Below the pieces are notes generated by a model. That model saw nothing but the letters and a program-made list of their open reading frames with translations. It was not told the origin of the DNA and searched no databases. From Podarcis vaucheri (Eukaryota): 64,000 nt of DNA. This document shows, piece by piece, positions 25,823 to 39,089 of the stretch. The stretch is from assembly GCA_965113315.1 (NCBI GenBank), contig OZ220365.1; one strand, given 5' to 3'. Made by a program: the position numbers and the translations under genes. Numbering within the stretch: position 1 is the stretch's first letter; every line of letters starts with the position of its first letter.

Positions 25823-27316
25823 GCTATCCACAAGCTATTTTCAGTGTCTTAGGGTGTCTTCTCCTGGCAATCTGTATTTGAGCAATATTGCTTCAGCTTT
25901 CCAAATGAGGGATAACAGCAATGAAAACAATATAGCTCCCTTGTTGCTGAAAACAGTCAAAGAAACTAATAAAAACAGCTGAAATCTAGTCAGTGTGTCT
26001 TTACTAGTTCTGAGATCATATTGAATATATGGGAGGATTCATCCACTGTCCTGTTTAATTATCTTTTTTTCATAGAAGAGCAAGTGAATCAGTGTCATAT
26101 TTCAACATTCACCTAAGGGAAAGTGTGAGCATGGTGCTTCACCAAGACTCAATGACATGACTCTACCCACTCAGGAAAGGGTGGGAAGAGAGAATGTTGC
26201 ACAATAGGATTTATACATGGATGGGCCTCTGAAACATCAGTCTCACATGTTAAATGAAGGTGTCTATTAGGCAAAGAGGGTCACAAGTAAACATGCGAAT
26301 TAATCCTTATTTTTTTACAGTGCAGAAGAAGCTGACTCATACAGAGCCAGACCACTGGTCCATCTACCGATAGGTTAGTTTTTTCTAAACTGACTGGCTG
26401 TCTCTCTCCTTGGAGATACTAGGGGTTGAATGTAAGAACTTCTGCATGCAAAACAGATCACTGAGCTCCAGCTTTCCCTGCCCAATAAAGCTAGGAAATT
26501 AGCATGCACAAGATCTGCTTTATATCTACTTTAAAAACACAGCTCTGCTATAAAGCCAACTTGATATCCAAATATATAGGATATTTCCCAGGAGAAAGTC
26601 CCAAATGGTATGCAGTTGCCTCCTGTGGCCAAATGTGGCTGTGTAGAGAATGCTGCTACTAATACTAATAAGGGCCTTTCTGCATGCTTGGTATTGGTTT
26701 ATTAGGAATGCACAAAATAGTTATTCATTTGTTGTCCACAGCCCCCATGCCCCCTTTCCTCAAGAGTTGTTCTTTCATCACATTTCACCACACCAAGATG
26801 ACAACATTGTGTATCTGGAAAATGTGATACCTTCCCCAACAAAACACATAATTGCAGAATGCTAGGTGACAGTATGAGTGGCACAGACATTGATTTCACA
26901 TTGCAACTAGCAATACATTCACACACACACATTTTTCAGTGCTTTTGAGGCTTAGTGCTCTTCTGCTATGCCATTATCTAGTCTTAAACAACACAAAAGT
27001 GGACATCCGCTTTCCCTTTCAGAAATGCCCACCACTTCGTTAGCTTTATGCTTCTTCTTGCATTTACACACTCCAGCATCAGCATATGTCTCTAACCATG
27101 GGTAGTAATGCCCACTGGACATAACCTAGTGTCCTTCTCAGTAAGCATGCATAGAATTGCACTGTAAGTGCAATTTTCTTCAGGATTTATTGAGAAAAAA
27201 TAGCCTGTAAGACTCACCCTTTCTTGCTTACAAGACATCCTTTCATTCTCTAGAACACACCAATGTGCACTTTTTAAGGGAAACAGCAGCACAGCTATCC
27301 CACTCCATTCTATATA

Positions 27317-27557
27317 CAGTGGTACCTTGGTTTACGAACTTAATCCATTCTGGAAGTCCGTTATTAAACCAAGGCTTGCTTTCCCATAGCAGCGGGGGAA
27401 TCAATTTAAAAATGGAACGCACTCAATAGGAAGCGAAACATGTTCTTATTCCAAGGCAAAGTTCACAAACCAAAACACCTATGGTACGTCTGGGTTTGCA
27501 GCATTCTTAATCCAAATTGTTCATAAACTAAGCTGATCTTAAACCAAGGTACCACTG
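27317..27557. mobile_element. Tc1/mariner-type MITE (CAGTGGTACCTTGGTT TIR)
   Basis: TIRs and TA TSD. Confidence 0.85.
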
Positions 27558-27559
27558 TA

Positions 27560-27974
27560 CAGCGGTACCTCGCAAGACGAATGCCTCACAAGACAAAAAA
27601 CTCGCTAGACGAAAGGTTTTTCTGTTTTCGATTTGCCTCGCAAGACGAATTTCCCTATGGGCTTGCTTCGCAAGACGCAAACGTCTCGCGACTTTGTTTC
27701 CTTTGTCTAAAAACAAAGACATGTTTTGTTTATAAAGTTAATTTATTTTCCCTTCAATTTTTGAACTGCTCTTTACAGTATGTGTGACTTTAAAGAGCAG
27801 TTAATAAACTGTTGTTGTACCAAATTTGGCTTTGTTTGGACTTTTTTTGACCATAGGAACGCATTAATTGAATTTCAATGCATTCCTATGGGATTTCGTG
27901 ATTCGCAAGACGAAAAATTCGCTAGACGACAAAACTTGCGGAACGAATTAATTTCGTCTTGCGGGGCACCACTG
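27560..27974. mobile_element. Tc1/mariner-type MITE (GCAAGACGAA family) abutting the previous MITE
   Basis: CAGCGGTACCTCGCAAGACG...CGTCTTGCGGGGCACCACTG; TA flanks. Confidence 0.85.
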
Positions 27975-29717
27975 TATGTGTTTTTATTTTGTAAACCACT
28001 GTGTGATCTTCAGATGAAAGGTGGTTTGGAAATGAAATGAAATAAATAAATATATGTGGAAGACAGACACTGAAGTGTTGTTGACACAGCGCCAGACTTT
28101 GACTTGAGAGACATGGGGAAAAGGTTTTCCCAACACTACCCCCATGAGCCAATTGGAGGTGCAGAGGACACATGTGGTGGGAGAGGGGAGAAAGTCCTGT
28201 TACACTAATGAAAGTCTTTGCATGAGCTTCCACTGGTAATGCTCAATAACTGAATCCTGCCTATGGGATTGAAATCCTTGCTTAGTTCACTAGTTCCCTT
28301 TGGGCAGTCACTATCCCTCAAGATTGTTATAAGGATAGTAATTTTCTTTCAGAACTGGCTTTTTTCAGGGAGAGAGCCTTTTCTACAATGGCCCAACATC
28401 TCTGGGGCACATTGCTACATTCACTCGTAACAAGTTCCATCACTTCAGATGCTCATGAAAGCCCTAAAGGTTCACTAGCTTTCAAATGAGTTTTCCACAG
28501 CTACTTTATTCTATTAACTTATTTGGTTGCAGTCAGGTACTTTATTTTAGCATTTTAGGGGCTGATATGTTATTGCATTATTACTTTTTATTCTTACTGA
28601 TTTTATTTACATAGCCGTATCATATTGCACTTTTTTATAAGTTGTTTTGAGAGAGGGTTTTTTTAAACCTTAAAGGTGTCCTTTAAAGATTGTGAATATA
28701 AAAATGGGATAACCTGAGCTTTCTGAAGCAATGACAAAACAAAATGTGATAAATATACATCATGCTACTGAAAGAAACTTGGAAAAGAACAGTGCAATAG
28801 GCATGCTATGGCAGCATTTCAGATGTTTTGTGATGTTAACCCAGTGACCTGCAGGGCCCTTAAAAATGCTCCTGAAAAACACAGCAACCATTCCTGGGCT
28901 CCTACCTCAGAATAAACATAGAGCATGTGTGTGCAGACTGCGAACTCAGTTCAGTTCTGGTACTAAAAACTATTTTTGAGGCCCAGAATATGCTCAGAGG
29001 CACCTTGTTCTTCCATTATAATCATGTGTATTTTGCAGCTGGCTCTGACTGATAGTCTGTATAATCCTGAGATTCTAGGGGGGGGAGGGACCAAAGTAGA
29101 TCCAACAAAAATGAAGTCTCCCTACCACATCAGAAAGGTGAATTCTGAATCATTTATGACCAAGCTCCTCAACTCTATTTTCCGCTTCCTTGACAGAATT
29201 GGAAGAGCTCCTACCTGCTCTTTCTCTTAACAGTAAAACAGTACAAACTAAAACAAAACTCTTTTCATGAGTACATAGGTCTCTCCAAAGCAGTGTAAAA
29301 ATGATCTCACTCAGGATTACATTTTAAAAATGAGGTGGCAGAGGGGCAGATTCAGGGGAGAAATGGCAACCACAGTCAAAGGTGAAGCAAACAGAGCACA
29401 TAAATGGTTATACAGTACATTTAAACCACAGTTCAGCAAATAATCTCACATTTAAATCTGTGTAGCTCATCATACTTATTTCCCCCCTGCGGAACTTCTG
29501 CATAAAGCAGATAATATATCTGTTCCGAATTCAGCTCACCAATGATAGTCTTAAATTCCCTTATTAAGGCTAAAATTCTAAACCCACTTGCTGGGAAGCA
29601 AACCCCATTTAACAGAGTGTTTACTTCTGTATAGCCACCCTCGGGGCTTTCTTGCAATCAAAAAGTACAACAGACAGAATATGCATCATTATTTTTAGGC
29701 CAATAAAGTTATCTCAC

Positions 29718-29878
29718 CTCTTTTAAAGACAGCTTCCCCACGTAGTACAGTGTTATTTGCATAGACCACTTCGGCTTTTACTGTAACCTTTTGTGGGCTC
29801 TTTTTCAGCATAGCTACTCCAATAGTCAAATTTGCTCCAGGCCTGATGCTCTTAAGAGCTGCCAACAGGTATGTGGGC
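29718..29878 (-). CDS. CD109: CD109 exon 2 (PTYLLAALKSIRPGANLTIGV...EAVFKR)
   Basis: Similar to human PRFLVTAPGIIRPGGNVTIGV; ttttag acceptor, gtgag donor; 161 nt. Confidence 0.95.
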
Positions 29879-30689
29879 CTAAAAGAAGGGACAAAACAGA
29901 TTACACTCATGGCCTGATACTCCTTTCACTACTCCAACATCAAGGCTGCAACTCAGTGGCAAAGCTTCTCCTTTGCATGTAGATGGTTCCTGATTCAATC
30001 TATGACTTCTCCAGGTAGTGTGTCCCATCTGAAACTCTGTAGATCCTCTGCCAGTCAGTATGGACTATACTGCACTAGGTGGGCCAGTGGTCTGACTCCG
30101 TATGTGCCAGCTTCCTAAATAATCTCTGGCCTGATTCATATGTGGATTCAGCCAAGTTGCAAGGTGGGGGGGGGGAGAATACAAGTCCTAACTGGTGGAA
30201 AATTACTGCTAAATAAAGCTCCGGAAGCCTCATAAGTATAGGAGAAAAAAATACTGTGCTCAAAAAGTATGGGAATATAAGAAAGGGAAAGTATGGTAAT
30301 ATAAGAAACTTTGCCCGCCCACCGGTAAAATAGTGTAATAACCCCCTAATCATCATCATTCTCAGACCTCTGACTCCACATGCATCCTTTCAGTTTTCAT
30401 AGAAAGTGGATTCAGGCAAAGTGATCTTCTGCTCTTGTAGTGACAGGCTAGAATCCTATACTAGCTTACCTGGGAGTAAGCCCCAATGGACCCCATAAGA
30501 ATTGCCCCCGCAATTATGAACTGAGGAGCTGCGGGCAAAATAGGTGGTTTGACCCCCCCCCCCCAAGAAAAAAAAAACCACTACTGAGTGTGCAACTGGG
30601 CTGTGGGTGATCTGCAGTCTGACACTCGGCACTCTTGCAAGATTTGCCTCGGCTCCCGATTCTGAAATCCCCACGAGTGCAAAATCTGG

Positions 30690-31330
30690 CCTTCTGTGCA
30701 GGACAGGGCAGGAGGAGGCGAGCGGGCAGTAACCGTTTCCCTTATTTCTGCAAGCCTTTCCCACCCACCCCGTCCATCTTCTCCCCACCCACTTCCAGTT
30801 CCTACCCAGCAGCTTCGGCCCACGAAGTTGCCCAGAGGAGGCACAAAGTGAGCCCAACGGCGGCGGGCAGCCGAGCGCCCCTGCGAGCCGCGGGAGCGGC
30901 GTCCGGCAACCGCAGCATCCTGCGGCGGGAATGGGCCGCTTTGCCTGAAGATGCCGCTTCGCGCCTCTTTCGCCTTCTCCCTCGTCTTCTCCTCCTCCTT
31001 CCCCGCGCAGCGTTTGCCTATCCTTTCAGCGGCGGCGGCGGCAGGGAGGAGGGCGCCTTGCTCGGGCAGTGAAAGGCGCTCCTTGTGGAAAAGCGGAGGC
31101 GGCAGCTTCTCTCCCCCGAGCGTCTGGCTCCACCCCGCCCGCCCTTCACGCCCACAGGGCATCCCCACCCTCGGCCGCCGCGGGGCAGGAGCAAGGCCGC
31201 GTGCGGGCATCGCCGCCACCCCCCGCGGCAGCTTGTGAGGCGTGGGTCGGTGGGTGGGTAGGGTCTTTTTGTCCGCGAGCTCCCTCGGGCAACGTTGGGG
31301 GGGGGAGGGCTATGAGGGCGACCGTTTCAG
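30690..31330 (-). promoter_or_regulatory. CD109 CpG island / promoter and 5' UTR
   Basis: GC- and CpG-rich block around the CD109 ATG; GC box (CCCCGCCC) near 31133. Confidence 0.75.
30806..30918 (-). CDS. CD109: CD109 coding exon 1 (signal peptide MLRLPDAAPAARRGARLPAAVGLTLCLLWATSWAEAAG)
   Basis: ATG at 30918 in a CpG island; hydrophobic LTLCLLWATSWA core; phase-2 donor GG|gtagg matches the exon 2 acceptor. Confidence 0.85.
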
Positions 31331-33263
31331 ACAGGCCCACCCCCTTGTGAAGCAGGCACTAGAGGGAAGGAGTTGGGCGAAGCTGTGGGTGGGTTGCTCA
31401 GTGGAAAGAAATCCGAGGACGGCCTCAGCTGAGTCACAGGTTGGATAGGCGAGAGAAGGGTGTTTCCCTCGCAGAGGGTGATGTCTGTGGTACAGAATGT
31501 GCCAGGGAAGGTAGAAAGAGAGAAGCGCTGTTCTAAATCTTACCTCAGGCTCTGGATTACATGCCCTGTTAACGGATCCCCTCCATTTTGCCAACCCCCC
31601 TCGGCCAAATTTACACAGTACCCCCCCCTTTTTTTTGCAATGCACCATCACGGCAGCCTAGCCATCAAAACAAGAGTTAGGTTCCATAGCCCATGTCGTA
31701 TTGGGCACACAATGTGCACATGCATCAGTCACAGGTGGGTTGCCCAAATCATCTGCTTACTTTACGCATCATAAAAGTGCCAGCTCATCGCTTTTAATAA
31801 GTTATTAATGCCCTCTCCACAGGGGCTTGCCTGGCCACTGACTTTGGTGTTGTTTAACTGTCAGATGAATACCTTTACTGTATGTATATATATTCCCACA
31901 TCTTTTAACTTTAGGTTGTACCCTTCGAGGCTTGTGTTTTTTATGCTGTATTGTACATTAATTTGTTTTCATTCTCGTTTGCTTTATTTCTAGTTACGTT
32001 TGGGAATTATGTTATAAGGTGCCCTATAAATACTGTTAATAAATAATGTGGAGGCTTACCCACTGTGACTGAAGAGAGAGAATATTTTCAAAATAATGTC
32101 TGGATTACTTTTCTAGTTGCGTGATTTCAGTAGAACTTGTATACCAAAACTGAAACATGTTTCACCTCTCCGGGTATATTTTGTGAGTAACAAATGTTTT
32201 GGGATTTTTAATGCGTATCAGTTAAAATTATTCTGCAGACTGGGAACAACTTCTAGCAGCTTACCTGCTACTTCCAGCTCCTACCAGATGGATAATGGAT
32301 GCCACAGTTCCTTCCGCAATCTTGTATGAGGCATTTATCTAGTGTGAGCCTTGCAACAACCTCTTCTTCGGGCTTTTAAATACATAGATCAGACACTTTT
32401 TAAAGAGGGAGTAGCTGGGGCAACTGACCCAGGGCTCACACATGTAGAGGGGCCGCGTGAAAATTAGCACCGGTGTATTCTTGCCATTTTTACTTCAATT
32501 TTTCAGAATACTAGTAACATGAACTCCATAAACTTAATCTGGAGGGAAGGGTGCCACAAAACAAACTCCACAGTGGGGTGGCATACTGTCCTAGAGCTAT
32601 AACAGCATGAGTAACTGATTGTTATTGCAGGCAGCATGAATAGCAGCTCAGCCCAATCACGATGCCCTCAGGCTCTCTGCTTCCCTCATACACAGATTCT
32701 GATTGCTAGCAGACTCAGAAAAGAAGAAAGACAAACAGTTCAAATTGGGCACACTAAGATAAAGCAGAGGATGATGCATTACAAAGTTATCTCAGTCTGT
32801 TCCCTTTGCTCACAGCATCCAATTGCACAACATAGCCTTTCCAAACTCCCTTCTTACGTTACTGAAACCTTGTTTTAAACTTCCAGTTTTCTCCACTCAG
32901 GTCAATCCCTACGCTCTACTCAAACTTCCATCATTGTTTTAAACCAGCACTTTCCCCCTCACATTGTTATTCCATCCCTGCTTTATTCAAACCACTGCTG
33001 CTGTTTAAAATGGTCACTTCTTTCCACTCAATATCTTTCTGTCTCTGATTTACCCAAGGCCCCTGGGCACATGCAAATGTACTCATGCAGAACCTGTTAT
33101 CAGCTTCTGCTAAAGACATGCAAGTTATGGGTGAAGCTAGCATGAAAACAGGGCTCTTGATTAGTGCATCAATGTTAATTGCATTTTGCAAATGCGTTTT
33201 CAACTTCTGTTCTTCAATAAGGGAGCAGATCGCAAAGCAGCTTCCTATATGCATTACAAAATA

Positions 33264-33532
33264 CCGTATTTTTTGCTCTATAAGACTCACTTTTTCCCTC
33301 CTAAAAAGTAACGGGAAATGTGTGTGCGTCTTATGGAGCGAATGCAGGCTGCATTCTATCCCAGCAGCTATCCCAGAAGCCAGAACAGCAAGAGGGATAG
33401 TTGTGCAGTGAAAGCAGCAATCCTTCTTGCTGTTCTGGCTTCTTAGATTCAGAATATTTTTTTCTTGTTTTCCTCCTCCAAAAACCAGGTGCGTCTTGTG
33501 GTCTGGTGCGTCTTATAGAGCGAAAAATACGG
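33264..33532. mobile_element. Same CCGTATTT-TIR MITE family
   Basis: TA|CCGTATTTTTTGCTCTATAAGAC...GTCTTATAGAGCGAAAAATACGG|TA. Confidence 0.88.
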
Positions 33533-35902
33533 TAGTTGAAAATGTGCACCCCACACCACACGCTCAGTATGAGTAAGCACTACATTGGAAACCTTATGTC
33601 TCGATGTGCATCTACACCCATCCCAATTTATGCATATAATTTCCAGAAGCACAAAGACACTGCATGCAAGAGTCTCCTCCGATGCTCAAGGTATGCTTTC
33701 TGAGTCAGGATGTAGGAATGTGGATATACTCCATGTGTAAACCATATACTCCACTGTATTCCCACTGACTTGCCCCACAATTCTAAATACATTTACTAGG
33801 CAATGAGTTTTATGGATTTCAGTGGAACTTTGTTCCATGTAAATCTGCGTAAGTTGAGAGCCTGGAGCTCAAATCATAAACACATTTCCTGTAAATTTCA
33901 GAAACATTTCAAAATTGAGGTATGAGGTATTATTACTATTACTGTATTTGTTAAATTTGTATAGTGCCCTCTTAGGGTAGTTCACAACAAAATATTACAA
34001 TATAAAAACCACAAAGTACATAATAAAAACAAACACAAACCAATAATCCACCCTCGCACAACACATTTAAAAGGGCAGCTAATGTTAATCAGCCGAAGGA
34101 CTGGAAGAGGAAAGTTTTTGGCTGATGCCCAGAGGTATATAATGAAGGCGTCAGCTGAACCTCCTTCGGGCGAGCATTCCACAAACGGGAAGCCACTGCA
34201 GAAAAGGCCTGTTTTTGTGTTTCCGACCTCTTGTGGAAGAGGCACACAAAGAACTACCGGTACCTCAGAGGATGATCTCAGGGTCTCTGAATTATTGCAG
34301 TTCTGAGCCATTGAAGGAATTAACCTCAGTCTTTTAAGCAAATTTGTCTGGAAGGAAAGGTTGTTGAAATTAGGACTTATATTCAGGTGATATCTTTAGG
34401 ACTTGAATGTTGGATTGCTAATAGTTCAGAAGTCTGTATTTCAAATATTTTCTCTTGGCGCAGGAGATTATTATTATTGTTTATCAAATAGTGCAGACTT
34501 AGTACTGTAATTTAATTTTAATGCCTTTAATTACTTAGCTCCTTTTGTTCTCTTCCGAGAAACCACAGCCCTCTGCTGGAAAGAATCAGACATGCACTAG
34601 GCTCAAGTATCAAGCTGCGGCGATGCATAAATGAAAGTTTGCCACTCAGAGCCACACACAGAACAGTGGAGAAAGATCTGAAATCAGGTCTTCCACAGTC
34701 CCCGGCCCCGCACCCATGGTAAAAGTGGCTGGGATGGGGCCTGAATTAGAATAGCACCATGGCTTTACAGGTCAACCTTTTCCTCCTGGTAAATTTTCTC
34801 AGACTCAATCCTCCTACAGATACAAAACTACTTCAGGTGCTCATATGGTGGCAATTCAGATCAGGAAACCAGCACAAGAGAGAGAGTTGGAGGAATCTCT
34901 CACAGAATCATAGCCTTGATTTGATCCCAGCAAGGGAATCTGTGAAAGATGTGGTCACAGATTTTCCAATGTCACATCTAGTTGAGACAAAAAGCAATTA
35001 TTACTCCATATTTAAATCAAAACATGCAACATGTAATAAATGAAATTTATACCACCACCAGTCAGAAATACATAAGGCAGGGTGAAGCAGCTGCCTGAGG
35101 CAGCTGGTTTGGGCTGTTATGAAAGGGCAACAAATTGAGTAACAACAACAACAACAATTGTATTTGTACTACCAGGGAAGGGTGGTTGGTGGACCATGGA
35201 GATGCCACTAAAAAAATAAAAGAAAGCGTAGATCAAATAAGACTAAAGGGAGCCCACTCTTGGTCTAGAACAGGTACTATAACTTCAAGGCATCCATTCT
35301 ATGTGAAGTTTTGATTAGGCAACCTCTATGTGAATACAATGTCCTAAAGAAATGCAAAAGAGATGGGGAAATGGATGAGGTGATGTTATGTTATGTCATG
35401 TCATGTCATGTCTCCTTTTTCATTTGAGATCTAGGGGCTAGCGGAACAAAAACTGTGATGATGACAAACCCTGAGGCATCTGGCATGGATATAACTCCAG
35501 ACAGCTGGAAACAACATTGTAAGCACATTTTGACTTAGTCAGATTTATCATATGCTTCATTTATTCATTTATTTATTCATTTTGTGTGCTGTTCTGGTGG
35601 ATTCACTCTCAATGACTTTTATGACTTTTGTCTCTTCCTTGATTGGCTAATCAGATTACAGGGGTACCTTGGTTCTTGAACGGCTTGGCTCCCGAACAAA
35701 TCGACTCCTGAACATCACAAACTCCTTCTTTTAAATTCCACATCCCTTAGATATTTTCCTAATCCTCTATCCTGCTGTTGTGTATAGTTGTCTGTAGCAA
35801 TTTATACCAATCTTTGATGCTGTCAGCCCAGAAGTGGTTCTATATGTCGAATGATGTACAAAACAATTTCCAGGGAAGGAGGTATGTTTGTCTCTGTAGC
35901 AA

Positions 35903-36000
35903 AAACAACAAAGAGTCTTGTGGCACCTTAAAGACTAACAAATTTATTATGGCATAAGCTTTTGTGAACTATAGTCTACTTCATCAGATGTATGAAGTTG
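35903..36000. mobile_element. Penelope-like terminal repeat fragment (similar fragments at ~37595-37685 and ~39897-39950)
   Basis: AGAGTCTTGTGGCACCTTAAAGACTAACAAATTTATT...CTTCATCAGATG, recalled as a sauropsid Penelope end. Confidence 0.55.
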
Positions 36001-36141
36001 CAAGTATGTATATATGGTATTATTGTGGGCAGAGGCAGTATTGTAAAAAGTAAGTTCAGAAGGAACTGAAAAGCAGAATTGGTGATAATTACGTATTTAG
36101 CAGTGGCCACTCACAAAAGTAGTTGGGTTGATAATACAGTA

Positions 36142-36370
36142 CAGTGGTACCTCGGGTTACATACGCTTCAGGTTACAGACTCCGCTAACCCAGAAATAGT
36201 ACCTCGGGTTAAAAACTTTGCTTCAGGATGAGAACAGAAATCGCATGGCAGCGGCGCGGCAGCAGCAGCAAGAGGCCCCATTAGCTAAAGTGGTGCTTCG
36301 GGTTAAGAACAGTTTCAGGTTAAGAACGGACCTCCAGAACGAATTAAGTACTTAACCTGAGGTACCACTG
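36142..36370. mobile_element. Same MITE family as 23261 (opposite orientation)
   Basis: CAGTGGTACCTC...GAGGTACCACTG; TA TSD. Confidence 0.88.
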
Positions 36371-38340
36371 TACAGATATTATGTCACTGGTGAGTCAATC
36401 AGCACAAGCAATGATTTCAGTGGGTTGTTCTGATTACCACTGTATAATACCTAAAATATGTTTTGTATTTCATGATAAGTATAGTTGTGCAGGAGCAGCT
36501 TGCCTGGTGAGGTAAAGCCGTAGCAATAGGTTACTGGAAGGGGTGGCATAATGGCAAGAGTTAGGGGCTGCGCAAGACCTAGGTCAGTCACCTGATATCA
36601 CAGTGACATCAGGTGACCTAAAGTAAAAAAAAAATCCATTTGCATCATCAGCTTGAATTCAAGTAAGTCATGTAAAAGATATTTGCATTTAACAGCAAGC
36701 CTTGCTACAAGTAGGACTTGCTGGAAGTGTTGATCCTATCAGCACTTACAGAAAGTTCTCTTTGGACTGGGATCATCAGTACTATGGAGTCCTCCTAATA
36801 AACCATACCTGTGCGGTAGGTTAATTTGAGAGACAGGGAGTGTCCTAAGGTCAGCTCCATCAGCTTCATGGCTGAGCAGGGCTAGTAGTAGTAGTATTTA
36901 TTTATCACATTTATATCCCACCTTTCCTCCAAGGAGCTCAAGGTGGCATACATGGTTTTATTCCTTATTCCTTATTATTCCATATGATTCTCACACCAAC
37001 ACTGTGAGTTAGTTAGTCTGAGCAACTGTGACTGGTCCAAGGCCACACAGTAAATACTAGTATTATTAAAAGATTTTTTTAAATAAATACCATTTTTATT
37101 TATATACTGTCTGTCATTTCAAGAAGAAATATCAAGGCGGTTCACAAACAAAATTGCCAATGGCAAAATTAAAAGAATTAAACCAATTATAAAAACACAG
37201 CTATCTCCAACACACCAGCTCTTACACTATGCTAGCTTTTACTAACAATTTCAAATGTTGCACACATTGTTCTTTCCGTAATGATAATAAGGCCTTTGTG
37301 CATTCCAGCAGAACGGGACATTCTAAACGAATTATCAGGACAGCCATTAGCTGGACTGGGCTACACTCCAGTTCTGCAGAGAACAATGGAGGAAGATATG
37401 AAGAGTCTCTCTCTGTCTCTCCCCCCCTTTCTTTTCCAATCCAAAACTTCCTCTCAAGCCATGGTTGCTGGTGCTGTGGGCGTTCCTTTGTAGAGGGGAA
37501 GGTAGTGAGGCTTTGTGATGCTTTCCATCCTTTGTTGGAAATACCCTATCTGAGCTTTCTGAAAATTGTATTGGCTCCACCAGTGCTATTATGACAAAGA
37601 GTTTTGTTGCATCTTAAGGACTAACACATTTAAGGACTAAGCCTTCAGGGACTACAGTCCACTGCATCAGATGCATGAAGTGTAATTCCAGATTGAAAGG
37701 GATCAACACACATGGTTGAAGTGGGGAATGGAGAGGTCAGAGAATCAAAATTCAAAAAGGACAGGGAGAATTGCATAATACAGAGCTGTAGTGGGGGGGG
37801 GGGGAGCTGGGTTTTTTACCCTGGTTGAAGCCTCCAAAGGGGTGCCATTGAGGCTGTGTGTGTGTGTGTGTGTGTGTGTGCGTGCGCGCATGCATGCCAA
37901 ACTGAGTCTTTGACCAGGGTGAAATAAAGCCTAGTTTTGCCCCTGGATAATAGCAAAATGGTTGCAGTGGCAATTGACAAGGCAGTGTGGGTGACAGTGT
38001 TCAGCTTTTGGGGGGGAACGTCCCCCCAAAATAGTGATTTTAAAGGTTTTGTGCTACTTTTTTCATCATACATCCAGATTTCCCCTGACATTTAGCCAAT
38101 TTTTACACCCAAAAACCAGGACATGTCAGGAATTTCCTGACGTATGGCAAACTGAGATGTGCCATGAAGCCTTGGGGGCTTCTGCTGCTTGAGGTAGCTA
38201 CTTCACACCACTTCATGGGTGGGCTGGCCTTGCCTGAGGCCATTATGGGCAAGCACACTGGTATCTGTTTAACTGTAAGCACACACAATTATTATTTTTT
38301 GATAAATTTATCAATCTACCAGATTTGCACAAAATATCAG

Positions 38341-38377
<37 letters not shown>

Positions 38378-39089
38378 CTGCTCCAAGCCAGGAAAGCAGA
38401 GATCCATGGGTATTTGTTTACATGTGCACAGACAACTTCTGTGATCTACCACACTTAAACAAAAGAGCAGTCCAAAAATTCAAACAAGTGATGCCTCACT
38501 CCAACCTTAGGCAAAGATTTAGAGTTGTTCAAATGAAAGTGCAGGCCTGGCCAGTGTGCAGGCTGAGATGTGGGTCCTTGCCTGCCTTCCCTCAGAACTG
38601 ACAAGTTGTTAGTTCAGGAATCCTCAAGTCAGGAAATCAGCAGCTTAACAGCCTTAACATGTGTAGCATGATAATAAAAAAAAATGGAATTACGTTTTTG
38701 CGTACTTATCACATTTAGCATAAGTTGCATTTTGCTTCCCTCTGACCTCAGTCCTTTCCATTCGACAAAACAAAGGATAGCGGCAAGGAGGGGAGCAGAA
38801 CTTAGGTTTGAGGGATCTACGTTGCTTTTTGGTAAGACCCAGAGATCCAGGAATCTGAGCCAACTACAAACGATATACACTTAAGAAATTCTTAACGCAG
38901 GCATTGGCATCTGAGCTCACCGTCCTTCCACACTCCCAGTCACCTTTACCGCCCGCCCGCTTTCTTCATTTCAGTAGGAAAAATTAGGGAAAAGGTATTT
39001 TACTGCTGCCATTATTAAATGATTGGGGAGTCATAAAACCTTGCTTATCTGCGGCAAGCTAGCCAGAAATAAAGTCCTGATCTTCCGCC

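Noticed and set aside
30581-31350. 212-aa and other ORFs over the CD109 start
   Set aside because: CpG-island stop-codon depletion; the true exon 1 is in another frame (ATG 30918)
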